A DNA stretch of 64,000 nt from Pseudomonadota bacterium (GTDB lineage: Bacteria; Pseudomonadota; Alphaproteobacteria; Caulobacterales; Parvularculaceae), in the NCBI GenBank assembly GCA_038522735.1, contig JBCBJX010000003.1, forward strand, positions 20,685-84,684. Reading direction: 5' to 3'. Position 1 is the stretch's first letter. Each line of letters starts with the position of its first letter. This document shows positions 1 to 10,225 of the stretch, piece after piece. Under the pieces are notes generated by a model. That model ran no database searches. It had not been told where the DNA came from and saw only the letters and a program-made list of their open reading frames with translations. The position numbers and the translations under genes are program-made.

Positions 1-1
1 G

Positions 2-1627
2 AACGCAGCAGGCCCGGGTCTCTCGCCGGAACAGACCGTCGCCGCCAACACACTGCGCGCCGCGGTCGCGCGGCCGGTTTTCACCGCGACGCTGATCGAC
101 GGCGTCACCGGTTCCGGCAAGACCGAGGTCTACTTCGAGGCCGTTGCGACGGCGCTCGCGCAGGACCCGTCCGCACAGGTCCTGTTGATGATGCCGGAAA
201 TCGCGCTCACCCAGCCCTTCGTGAAGCGGGTGGAGGCGCGCTTCGGCGCGGCGCCGGCGCTCTGGCATTCCGATGTCGGCGAGGCGGGGCGCCGGCGCGT
301 CTGGCGGCGCGTTCTCGACGGGACGGCGCGGATCGTCCTCGGCGCCCGCTCCTCGCTCTTGCTTCCGTTCCGGAACCTTTCTCTCGTCGTCGTCGATGAA
401 GAGCATGAGGGCGCGTACAAGCAGGAGGAAGGCGTCCTCTATCAGGCGCGCGACATGGCGGTCGCCCGCGCGGCTCTTGGCGGGTTTCCGATCGTCCTGG
501 CGACCGCGACGCCGTCTCTCGAAACGCTCCAGAACGTCGAGGACGGAAAATACGGGCGCGTCCTTCTGCCCGCCCGCCATGGGGGCGCCGCGATGCCCGG
601 CGCAGCCGCGATCGACCTCCGGGAGACCGGGCCGGACGCCGGGCGCTGGCTCGCCCCGCCCCTCGTCGAAGCTGTCAATCAGACGCTGGCGAAAGGCGAG
701 CAGTCGCTCCTGTTCCTGAACCGCCGCGGCTACGCGCCCCTCACCATCTGTCGCAAATGCGGCCACCGCATGCGGGCGCCCGGGTCCGACACTTGGCTGG
801 TCGAGCACCGCTACGAGAACCGCCTCGTCTGCCACCATACGGGCTTCTCCATGCCGAAGCCGGAAAAATGCCCGAACTGCGGGGCGAAGAGCGGGCTCTC
901 GGCCGTCGGGCCGGGGGTCGAGCGCGTCGCTGAGGAAGCGCGGGCCCTCTGGCCGGAGGCTCGGATCGCGGTCTTCTCCTCCGACACGACCGCCGCGCCC
1001 GGCGCGGCGAAAACCCTACTCGAAGCCATGGCGGCGCGCGAGATCGACATCCTCGTCGCGACCCAGGCGGCCGCGAAGGGTCACCATTTCCCCGACCTCA
1101 CCCTTGTCGGCGTCGTCGACGCTGATCTCGGGCTGGGCGGCGGAGACCTCCGGGCCGGCGAGCGGACCTACCAGGTGCTGACCCAGGTCGCCGGCCGAGC
1201 GGGCCGGGGCGCGAAGCCCGGCCGCGTTCTCCTCCAGACCCACCAGCCGGACCACGCCGTCATCCGAGCCCTTCTCTCGGGCGACCGAGACGCCTTTCTG
1301 CGGGCTGAAGCGGCCGAGCGGAAAACCTTCGGCTTCCCCCCTTTCGGGCGCCTCGCGGCGGTGCTCCTCACCGGCGAAAACGAGCAGCGGGTGAACCGGG
1401 CCGCCCGCGACCTCGTCCTCGCAGCGCCGGAAGCCGACGGCGTCGAGGTCTGGGGTCCCGCGCCTGCGCCGCTCTACCGCCTGCGCGGACAGGTGCGGGT
1501 TCGGCTCCTCCTGAAGGCCCGCAAGGACGTTCACGTCCAGGCGTATCTGAAAGACTGGCTCGCCGCGGTGAAAACGCCCTCGGGGGTGCGCCGTTCGGTC
1601 GATGTCGATCCCTATTCGTTTCTCTAA
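2..1627 (+). CDS. priA: primosomal replication protein N' (PriA helicase), 5'-truncated by the window edge
   Basis: The frame is open from the window start. Translation shows Walker A 'GVTGSGKTEVY', the DEEH box 'VVVDEEHE', the Cys-rich zinc insert 'CRKCGH..CHHTG..CPNCG' and C-terminal helicase motifs. Confidence 0.9.
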   Translation, partial: NAAGPGLSPEQTVAANTLRAAVARPVFTATLIDGVTGSGKTEVYFEAVATALAQDPSAQVLLMMPEIALTQPFVKRVEARFGAAPALWHSDVGEAGRRRVWRRVLDGTARIVLGARSSLLLPFRNLSLVVVDEEHEGAYKQEEGVLYQARDMAVARAALGGFPIVLATATPSLETLQNVEDGKYGRVLLPARHGGAAMPGAAAIDLRETGPDAGRWLAPPLVEAVNQTLAKGEQSLLFLNRRGYAPLTICRKCGHRMRAPGSDTWLVEHRYENRLVCHHTGFSMPKPEKCPNCGAKSGLSAVGPGVERVAEEARALWPEARIAVFSSDTTAAPGAAKTLLEAMAAREIDILVATQAAAKGHHFPDLTLVGVVDADLGLGGGDLRAGERTYQVLTQVAGRAGRGAKPGRVLLQTHQPDHAVIRALLSGDRDAFLRAEAAERKTFGFPPFGRLAAVLLTGENEQRVNRAARDLVLAAPEADGVEVWGPAPAPLYRLRGQVRVRLLLKARKDVHVQAYLKDWLAAVKTPSGVRRSVDVDPYSFL

Positions 1628-1808
1628 CCAGCCTGCGGCGCAGCGGAGCGTTGCCCTTCCGGCGGGCCGCGTGCTAGAGGCCCGCGAAATCAATCGGGCG
1701 ACCGCCGATCCAGGGTCCCAGCCGCCCGTTTCCGTTTGAAAATCTTGAGATTTGGCGCGCCTCCCGCGCCGCTCAGTTCAAGGAGAGCCGGTCCGCCGGC
1801 TTGCTCTT

Positions 1809-2363
1809 ATGGCCAACGCCCAAGCCGCCGCAGGCGTCGCCGGTCGCTATGCGAGCGCGCTCTTCGATCTCGCGCTGGAAATGAACGCCCTCGAAGCCGT
1901 GGAGGCCGACCTCGCGCTCTTCTCCGAAGCGCTGACGGCTTCCAACGACCTCCGCCGGCTGACGAAAAGCCCGGTCTTTTCCCGCGACGAGCAGGAGAGC
2001 GCGGTCGCGGCTGTCGCGGAGAAGCTCGGCGTCGGCGCGCTTGTTAAAAACTTCCTCGGCGTCCTCTGCGCGAACCGCCGGCTGTTCGCGATCGAGGGCG
2101 TGATCAGGGCCTTCGCCGAGCTCGCCGCCGACCATCGCGGCGAAGTGCGCGCGGAAGCCGTGACGGCCCAGGCTCTCGATGAGGAGCGCCTCGCCCGCCT
2201 CAAAACCGAAATCGAAGCGGCCGTCGGCCGCGCCGTGCGTCTGGAAACCAGGGTCGATGAAAACCTTCTCGGAGGCGTGATCGTGAAGATCGGCTCCCGG
2301 ATGATCGACAATTCCCTGCGCACGAAACTGAACGCCATGAAAACCGCCATGAAAGGGGCCTGA
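1809..2363 (+). CDS. atpH: F0F1 ATP synthase subunit delta (OSCP)
   Basis: The N-terminus '[22 protein letters not shown]' and the C-terminus '..[20 protein letters not shown]' are typical of AtpH. It is first in an atpHAGDC order. I used the internal ATG at 1809 rather than the track's TTG at 1752. Confidence 0.85.
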   Translation: MANAQAAAGVAGRYASALFDLALEMNALEAVEADLALFSEALTASNDLRRLTKSPVFSRDEQESAVAAVAEKLGVGALVKNFLGVLCANRRLFAIEGVIRAFAELAADHRGEVRAEAVTAQALDEERLARLKTEIEAAVGRAVRLETRVDENLLGGVIVKIGSRMIDNSLRTKLNAMKTAMKGA

Positions 2364-2368
2364 GCCAG

Positions 2369-3898
2369 ATGGACCTCAACGCCGCCGAGATCTCCTCGAT
2401 CCTCAAAAGTCAGATCAAGGACTTCGGCAAGGAAGCCGAAGTCTCCGAGATCGGACAAGTTCTTTCCGTCGGCGACGGCATCGCCCGCGTCTACGGCCTC
2501 GACAACGTGCAGGCCGGCGAGATGGTGGAGTTCGACAACGGGGTGAAGGGCATGGCTCTCAACCTCGAAGCCGACAATGTCGGCGTCGTCATCTTCGGCG
2601 ACGACACGGGCGTCAAAGAAGGCGCGACCGTCAAACGGACCCAGGCGATCGTCGATGTGCCGGTCGGCAAAGGCCTCCTCGGCCGCGTCGTCAATCCTCT
2701 CGGCGAGCCGATCGACGGCAAGGGCCCGATCGACGCCACCGAGCGCCGGCTCGTCGACGTGAAGGCGCCCGGCATCCTGCCGCGCAAGTCCGTCCACGAA
2801 CCGATGCAGACGGGGATCAAGTCGATCGACGCGATGATCCCGATCGGCCGCGGTCAGCGCGAGTTGATCATCGGCGACCGTCAGACGGGCAAAACCGCCA
2901 TCGCCATCGACGCGATCCTCAACCAGAAGGACGTGAACGCCCAAGGCGACGAATCGAAAAAGCTTTACTGCGTCTACGTCGCGATCGGCCAGAAGCGCTC
3001 CACTGTGGCGCAGATCGTGAAAACGCTCGAAGACAACGGCGCGCTCGACTATTCGATCGTCGTCGCCGCCACGGCGTCCGAGCCTGCGCCGCTCCAGTTC
3101 CTCGCCCCCTTCGCCGGCTGCGCCATGGGCGAGTACTTCCGCGACAACGGCATGCACGCGATGATCGTCTATGACGATCTTTCCAAGCAGGCCGTCGCCT
3201 ATCGTCAGATGTCGCTGCTTCTGCGCCGCCCGCCGGGGCGCGAGGCTTACCCGGGCGACGTTTTCTATCTGCACTCCCGCCTCCTGGAGCGCGCCGCTAA
3301 GCTGAACGAGGATTTCGGCGCGGGCTCCTTGACGGCGCTGCCGATCATCGAGACCCAGGCGAACGACGTTTCGGCCTACATCCCGACCAACGTCATTTCG
3401 ATTACGGACGGTCAGATCTTCCTGGAGACGGACCTTTTCTACCAGGGCGTCCGTCCGGCGGTGAACGTCGGCCTCTCGGTGTCGCGCGTCGGCTCCGCCG
3501 CCCAGATCAAGGCGATGAAGCAGGTCGCCGGCAAGATCAAAGGCGAACTTGCGCAGTACCGTGAGCTTGCGGCCTTCGCCCAGTTCGGCTCGGACCTCGA
3601 CGCGGCGACGCAAAAACTCCTCAACCGGGGCGACCGCCTGACGGAGCTCTTAAAGCAGGGCCAGTACTCCCCGCTGCAGGTCGAAGAGCAGGTCTGCGTG
3701 ATCTTTGCGGGCGTGCGCGGCTATCTCGACAAGATCGCCAAAGACAAGGTGCAGGAGTTCGAAGCGGAGTTCCTGCGCCTCCTTCACGGCGAGCACGCCG
3801 ATCTCCTCACGACCATCCGCGAAGAGAAGAAGCTCTCCGACGATCTGGAGACGCGGCTCGCCGGAATTCTCGACGAATTCGTGAAGCGGTTCGCGTAA
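2369..3898 (+). CDS. atpA: F0F1 ATP synthase subunit alpha
   Basis: 509 aa with the P-loop '[11 protein letters not shown]' and full-length similarity to AtpA ('[21 protein letters not shown]'). Confidence 0.97.
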   Translation: MDLNAAEISSILKSQIKDFGKEAEVSEIGQVLSVGDGIARVYGLDNVQAGEMVEFDNGVKGMALNLEADNVGVVIFGDDTGVKEGATVKRTQAIVDVPVGKGLLGRVVNPLGEPIDGKGPIDATERRLVDVKAPGILPRKSVHEPMQTGIKSIDAMIPIGRGQRELIIGDRQTGKTAIAIDAILNQKDVNAQGDESKKLYCVYVAIGQKRSTVAQIVKTLEDNGALDYSIVVAATASEPAPLQFLAPFAGCAMGEYFRDNGMHAMIVYDDLSKQAVAYRQMSLLLRRPPGREAYPGDVFYLHSRLLERAAKLNEDFGAGSLTALPIIETQANDVSAYIPTNVISITDGQIFLETDLFYQGVRPAVNVGLSVSRVGSAAQIKAMKQVAGKIKGELAQYRELAAFAQFGSDLDAATQKLLNRGDRLTELLKQGQYSPLQVEEQVCVIFAGVRGYLDKIAKDKVQEFEAEFLRLLHGEHADLLTTIREEKKLSDDLETRLAGILDEFVKRFA

Positions 3899-3907
3899 GG
3901 AGCGGGC

Positions 3908-4078
3908 GTGACGGTCGAAGGCGACAATAAGCCCGAAGGCGAAACGGACTGGTTCGGACGGCTCAACGAGACCGAACGGACCGCGGTCGTCATCGGCGGC
4001 GTCTTCGTCGCGCTGGTCGTCTTGCTGATCGTCGGCGTCAGCCTCACGCAGGCGCTGCTCGCCGTTCGGGCGGGGTAG
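3908..4078 (+). CDS. 56-aa single-pass membrane mini-protein between atpA and atpG (unknown function)
   Basis: It is not in the ORF track because it is under 60 aa. The GTG start lies 6 nt after the SD-like AAGGAG that overlaps the atpA stop. Translation: VTVEGDNKPEGETDWFGRLNETERTAVVIGGVFVALVVLLIVGVSLTQALLAVRAG, with one clear hydrophobic helix and mostly G/C third codon positions. Confidence 0.5.
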   Translation: MTVEGDNKPEGETDWFGRLNETERTAVVIGGVFVALVVLLIVGVSLTQALLAVRAG

Positions 4079-4100
4079 AGGAAAGATAAGGCGCTCATAA

Positions 4101-4982
4101 ATGCCGAGTTTGAAAGACCTCAAAAACCGCATCGGTTCGGTGAAGTCGACGCGGAAGATTACGAAGGCGATGCAGATGGTTGCCGCAGCGAAGCTGCGCA
4201 AAGCGGAGCAGGCGGCGAATGCGGCCCGTCCTTATGCGGAGCGCATGGAGGCGGTGCTCGCCAACGTCTCTGAAGCCGTGAAGGGCGACCCCTCCGCGCC
4301 GAAGCTGCTGACCGGCACGGGCGAGGACAAGACCCACCTGCTCGTCGTCGCGACGGCTGACCGGGGGCTTTGCGGCGGCTTTAACTCCTCCATCGTCCGC
4401 AAGGCGCGCGAGGCGGTCGTCCGCCTGCAGGGCGACGGCAAGACGGTGAAAATCCTCTGCATCGGCCGGAAGGGCCGCGACCAGCTGAAGCGCCTCTATG
4501 GCGACCTCATCCTCGACACGATCGAGCTGATGGACGTGAAGTCCCTCGACTTCTCCGTCGCCGACAGGATCGCGGGCCGTGTCCTCAAAATGTTCGAGGA
4601 CGGCGAGTTCGACGTCTGCACGCTCTTTTTCGGCGAGTTCAGGTCGGTCATCTCCCAGGTGCCGACGGCGAACCAGATCATCCCTGCGACGCCGCCCGGG
4701 GGCGTCGAGACGCCGGACCTTCAGGGCGCCGTCTACGTCTATGAACCGGACGAGGAAGAAATCCTGAAAGCCCTGCTGCCGCGCTATGTCGGCGTGCAGA
4801 TCTTCCGGGCGCTGCTTGAAAACGCCGCGTCCGAGCAGGGGGCCCGCATGTCGGCCATGGACAACGCCACCCGCAACGCCGGCGATATGATCGACAAGCT
4901 GGAGCTTCAGTACAACCGCGCCCGCCAGGCGCAGATCACCAAGGAACTCATCGAGATCATCTCGGGCGCGGAAGCGCTCTGA
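4101..4982 (+). CDS. atpG: F0F1 ATP synthase subunit gamma
   Basis: The N-terminus '[35 protein letters not shown]' and the C-terminus '[25 protein letters not shown]' are canonical for AtpG. Confidence 0.97.
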   Translation: MPSLKDLKNRIGSVKSTRKITKAMQMVAAAKLRKAEQAANAARPYAERMEAVLANVSEAVKGDPSAPKLLTGTGEDKTHLLVVATADRGLCGGFNSSIVRKAREAVVRLQGDGKTVKILCIGRKGRDQLKRLYGDLILDTIELMDVKSLDFSVADRIAGRVLKMFEDGEFDVCTLFFGEFRSVISQVPTANQIIPATPPGGVETPDLQGAVYVYEPDEEEILKALLPRYVGVQIFRALLENAASEQGARMSAMDNATRNAGDMIDKLELQYNRARQAQITKELIEIISGAEAL

Positions 4983-4992
4983 TCTGCTAGCA

Positions 4993-5021
4993 TTGACAGC
5001 ACGTTTCGCAATCGACATATC
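4993..5021 (+). promoter_or_regulatory. candidate sigma70-type promoter for the vapB-like gene, implying a leaderless or near-leaderless mRNA
   Basis: A perfect TTGACA (4993-4998) is followed by a 17-nt spacer and CATATC (5016-5021). The ATG is at 5028, only 6 nt downstream, and no SD sequence is visible. Confidence 0.4.
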
Positions 5022-5027
5022 CCGCTC

Positions 5028-5350
5028 ATGAAAACGATCACCATCAGACAGGTCCCCGACGAGGTGCACGAGGCGCTCCGCCTGCGCGCCGCCGCGGACG
5101 GCTGCTCGATGGAGGAAGAGGCGCGCCGGCTGCTTGCGCAGTCCCTGCGGCCGGCCGCCAAGCCTGATTTCAGCGGCGTGCGGGCCATTCAGGCGCGCAT
5201 CAGGACACGACGCGAGCGGACCGGCGATGCGCGAACTGCTGCGGAAATCGTCCGCGACATGCGGAACGAGGATCTCGCTGCGACGGATGCGAAATGGGAA
5301 CGGATCGACGCCGACGCGAAGCGGCGGCGTGAAGAGGGCGGGGGAGGCGT

Positions 5351-5354
<4 letters not shown>
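5028..5354 (+). CDS. type II antitoxin, ribbon-helix-helix (FitA/VapB-like)
   Basis: The N-terminus 'MKTITIRQVPDEVHEALRLRAAADGCSMEEEARRLL' matches the beta-strand plus two-helix RHH pattern of plasmid-stability/FitA-type antitoxins. It overlaps the downstream PIN gene by 4 nt (ATGA). Confidence 0.75.
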
Positions 5355-7214
<1,860 letters not shown>

Positions 7215-7218
7215 ATCG

Positions 7219-7419
7219 GTGGCGGACGGGCTTCGCCTTGAGGACTGCGTCAACGACGTCTGTCCATGGTCGGGCGATCCCGTCTCGGCCGACAGCCTGA
7301 CGACCTATCGCGGACGGGTCGTCGGGTTCTGCAATCCAAGGTGCCGCGACAAGTTCGAACGCGCTGTCGTCGCCTTTGACGACGTGCTCCAGGCAAGCGA
7401 GCCGACCGATGGCCGATAA
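7219..7419 (+). CDS. 66-aa Cys4 (C-x4-C-x22-C-x3-C) putative zinc-ribbon / TRASH-YHS-like mini-protein
   Basis: The GTG start is 4 nt after the atpD stop. The core is 'CVNDVCPWSGDPVSADSLTTYRGRVVGFCNPRCRDKFE', with four Cys in metal-binding spacing. Third positions are mostly G/C, and the 3' end overlaps the atpC start by 11 nt. Confidence 0.5.
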   Translation: MADGLRLEDCVNDVCPWSGDPVSADSLTTYRGRVVGFCNPRCRDKFERAVVAFDDVLQASEPTDGR

Positions 7420-7801
7420 ACTCCACTTCTCCCTCGTCTCGCCGGAGCGCGAGCTCATGTCCCGCGAGGTCGATCAGGTGATCGTTCCGGGAACGGACGG
7501 CCGCTTCGGCGTTCTCGCGAACCACGCGCCCTTCATGTCGACCCTGACGGCGGGGCTGCTCTCCGTCATGGACGGCGGCAAGGAAGAGAAGGTGTTCGTG
7601 CGCGGCGGGTTCGCGGACGTGACGCCCGCGGGCCTCACGGTTCTGGCGGAAGAAGCGACGCCCGTCTCCGAGCTTGTCGGCGACGCCTTCGGCGCCCGGT
7701 ACGCGAAAGCCGAAGACACGCTGAAAGCCGCGGAAACGGACGAAGAGCGGCTCGAAGCGCAGAACGCTCTCACCGCCCTCCAGGCTGTCCGCGACGCGTA
7801 A
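7409..7801 (+). CDS. atpC: F0F1 ATP synthase subunit epsilon
   Basis: It starts 'MADKLHFSLVSPERELMSREVDQVIVPGTDGRFGVLANHAP', typical of AtpC, and is last in the operon. Confidence 0.93.
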   Translation: MADKLHFSLVSPERELMSREVDQVIVPGTDGRFGVLANHAPFMSTLTAGLLSVMDGGKEEKVFVRGGFADVTPAGLTVLAEEATPVSELVGDAFGARYAKAEDTLKAAETDEERLEAQNALTALQAVRDA

Positions 7802-7804
7802 GGC

Positions 7805-9613
7805 CTAAGCCTGCACGTCGACGCCGGCCTCGTCATCGGCGCCGCCGAAGGTCAGCGTTTCCTCGCCGAGCCGGAACTCGACCGTCGCCGCGTCCGCGCC
7901 TTCGACGGTGACGGACTCGCCGCTTTCAAATTCGAGAACCACCGTTCCATCCTCGCCTTCGGTGATGTCGACCTCCTGGAAGCTTTCGGCGAGCTCCTCG
8001 CCCAGCGTCACCACATAGGTTCCGCCGGCCGCGACGCTGACGACGTCGTTCCCGTCGCCGCCGCGGAAGGAGACGCCCGCTTCGGCTGCGTCGATCGCAA
8101 TCACGTCGTCCCCGCGGCCGCCTCTGATGTCGGTCGCTTTCTCCGCGCTCACCGCAATCACGTCGTCGCCGAGACCGCCGAAGACGCCGGAGACATAGCC
8201 GCCCTCGACCGCGACCGTATCGTCCCCGCGGCCGCCGCTGATCGAATAGGCGCGCTCGGCGCGGACGATCACCTCGTCGTCGCCATAGCCGCCGCCGATC
8301 CCGCCGACGCGTTCGCCCGCGACGTCGACCACGTCGTCCCCCCGTCCGCCGGAAACGCCGTAGGCGTACTCCGCCGTGACGGTCACCGCATCGTTCCCGG
8401 AGCCGCCCGCGATGCGTTTGGCGCTCAGGGCTTCGACCGCGATCGCATCGTCGCCCGATCCGCCGGAGATGCGGCGCGCTTTCTCCGCTGAAACGGCGAG
8501 GGCGTCGTTTCCGGAGCCGCCCGAAACCCGGTTCGCACGGACGGCGTCGATCGCGACCGCATCGTCGCCCGATCCGCCGCGCACCCGCGAGACGCGATCG
8601 GCCGCGATGGTGATCGCATCGTTCCCGGAGCCGCCGCCGACGCGACGGACGCGCTCTGCAGCGATCGACAGGGCGTCGTCGCCGGCGCCGGTGAAGAGGC
8701 GACGGACTTTCTCAGCTTCGAGCGTCGCGGAGTCGTTCGCGGCGCCCGTGTAAAGCCGAGACACCCGCGCCGCCGCGATGGCGATCGCGTCCCTTTCGTC
8801 CGAAGGCGCGGCTTCTGTTTCGCCAGCGGCGCGGCCGGCTTCGGCGGCGTCTTCCACCAGCTCCAAGACCGCGTCGTCCGTCGCTTGGGTTTCGACGGGC
8901 GCGTCGAGGCGGTAGCGCTGGATCAGCGAAGCGACGAGAGCGTCGAAATCGGCGTCGCTCAGGAGGCCGCCGGTGCGCTCTGCATCTTCAAGAGAAAACG
9001 AGGACGCGGGGTCCGTTGAGGTGATTTCCGCCGGAGCAGCGTCGGTCGACGGAGCCGCCGGCGCGTCCTCCGCAACAGGCGTTGCAACCGGCGCGCGCTC
9101 GGCGACGGTTGGCGTCGCCGGGGCAAGCGTTTCGGGCGCCTCCGGCCGGGCCGGGGCCTCGACGACCGCGGCCGGGGCTGTCTTCGGAACGAAGCGGAAG
9201 GCGCCGAAGCCTTCGGCGGTCTCGAAATAGGCCGTAAAGCCCGCCGGCGCGGCGGTCCGCTCGTTCGCAACGTAGACGGATGCTTGGCCGTCCTGAACGA
9301 CGAGCGCGCCTTTCTCGCTCGCAACCGCGAAGCGCGCGACGCCCGCGTCCTCAAGCCGGCCCGTCAGCTCGCCGAGGGCGTCGGCGATCCGGTCGAGGCG
9401 CTCTGCGAGGCCGCCAACGGCGCCGCGACGGGCGGAACCGCTGTCGCCGCCCGAAGCGCTCGTTTCAGCGCGAACGCCGCCGACCGAGGCGCGCGGACCG
9501 TCGGCCGTCACCTCGGCCGACAGCGCCGGCGTCGCCGTTTCACCCCCCGCGGGCGTACGGAATTTCTGGAACAGGATGGCCGCCGATGCGGCGCTGGAGA
9601 TAGCTGACGTCAT
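7805..9613 (-). CDS. large acidic secreted-type repeat protein with RTX-like GGxGxD calcium-binding repeats
   Basis: 602 aa with no obvious N-terminal signal peptide. An Ala/Pro/Glu-rich linker is followed by 13 tandem GG(S/R)G(N/D)D repeats and an acidic C-terminal ~75 aa ('..EFRLGEETLTFGGADDEAGVDVQA'). Confidence 0.8.
   Translation of the reverse strand: MTSAISSAASAAILFQKFRTPAGGETATPALSAEVTADGPRASVGGVRAETSASGGDSGSARRGAVGGLAERLDRIADALGELTGRLEDAGVARFAVASEKGALVVQDGQASVYVANERTAAPAGFTAYFETAEGFGAFRFVPKTAPAAVVEAPARPEAPETLAPATPTVAERAPVATPVAEDAPAAPSTDAAPAEITSTDPASSFSLEDAERTGGLLSDADFDALVASLIQRYRLDAPVETQATDDAVLELVEDAAEAGRAAGETEAAPSDERDAIAIAAARVSRLYTGAANDSATLEAEKVRRLFTGAGDDALSIAAERVRRVGGGSGNDAITIAADRVSRVRGGSGDDAVAIDAVRANRVSGGSGNDALAVSAEKARRISGGSGDDAIAVEALSAKRIAGGSGNDAVTVTAEYAYGVSGGRGDDVVDVAGERVGGIGGGYGDDEVIVRAERAYSISGGRGDDTVAVEGGYVSGVFGGLGDDVIAVSAEKATDIRGGRGDDVIAIDAAEAGVSFRGGDGNDVVSVAAGGTYVVTLGEELAESFQEVDITEGEDGTVVLEFESGESVTVEGADAATVEFRLGEETLTFGGADDEAGVDVQA
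8033..8749 (-). repeat. 13 tandem coding repeats of about 57 nt (19 aa) inside the RTX-like gene
   Basis: Hand count: the units 'GGSGNDAITIAADRVSRVR', 'GGSGDDAVAIDAVRANRVS', 'GGSGNDALAVSAEKARRIS' and others are each 19 aa. At the DNA level, 'gcatcgt..cc(c/g)ga(g/t)ccgcc' recurs at a 57-nt spacing (for example 8388 and 8445). Confidence 0.8.
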
Positions 9614-9721
9614 GTACGTCTCCCGACACGTTGTTCTTCTTCAACGGCCGGATTCTCCAGCGGATCGCGCAAGCGATATCTGGGGACGGTAGTGCGACAG
9701 GGTTAACCTGCACTTACCTTG

Positions 9722-10225
9722 TCAGGACTTCGATTTTAAGAACTCAGTAAGGGGATGGAAGCAGGCGGCGACTTCCAGATAGACGTTCCGCTTGAAGGGC
9801 ACGATCAGGTCCGGCGTGTCGGTCAGGGGCGCCCAGCGCCACTGGTCGAACTCGGGCGTGTGCGTATCGAGGCGGATCTCGTCGTCCGCCCCGTCGAACA
9901 GCATCGCCACCCATTTCTGCCGCTGGCCGCGAAATCCACGCGAGTTAAGGCCCGAGGGAAAGTCGTAAGTGAGCCAGCCGGGCGTCACGACGAGAGGGCG
10001 GGCGTTCTCGACGCCTGTCTCCTCCGCAAGTTCGCGCCGCGCCGCGGCGAGGATGCTCTCGCCCTCGTCGACGCCGCCCTGGGGCATTTGCCAGGCGTAG
10101 CGCCCTGCAGCCTCGGCGCTGTCGCCGAAATCGCCGACCCGTCGGCCGATCCAGACGTCCCCGTCGCGATTGAAGAGCGCGACGCCGACATTCGGCCGGT
10201 AGCGGGCGAGGTCGGTTGAACTCAT
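9722..10225 (-). CDS. rppH: RNA pyrophosphohydrolase (Nudix)
   Basis: 'YRPNVGVALFNRDG' is followed by the Nudix box 'GGVDEGESILAAARRELAEETGV'. I chose the start at MSSTDLARY, which forms a 4-nt ATGA overlap with the upstream gene's stop. Confidence 0.9.
   Translation of the reverse strand: MSSTDLARYRPNVGVALFNRDGDVWIGRRVGDFGDSAEAAGRYAWQMPQGGVDEGESILAAARRELAEETGVENARPLVVTPGWLTYDFPSGLNSRGFRGQRQKWVAMLFDGADDEIRLDTHTPEFDQWRWAPLTDTPDLIVPFKRNVYLEVAACFHPLTEFLKSKS

Noticed and set aside
1847-3613. 588-aa minus-strand ORF
   Set aside because: It is antisense to the unambiguous atpH and atpA genes. The translation is Arg/Ala/Asp-rich and low in complexity, typical of shadow ORFs in high-GC DNA.
8033-8749. 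Regular tandem repeats that could be mistaken for a CRISPR array or minisatellite
   Set aside because: The period is about 57 nt with no unique spacers. The repeats are in frame, encoding GGxGxD units inside a 602-aa ORF. The plus-strand ORFs at 8376-8753 and 8973-9230 are antisense shadows.
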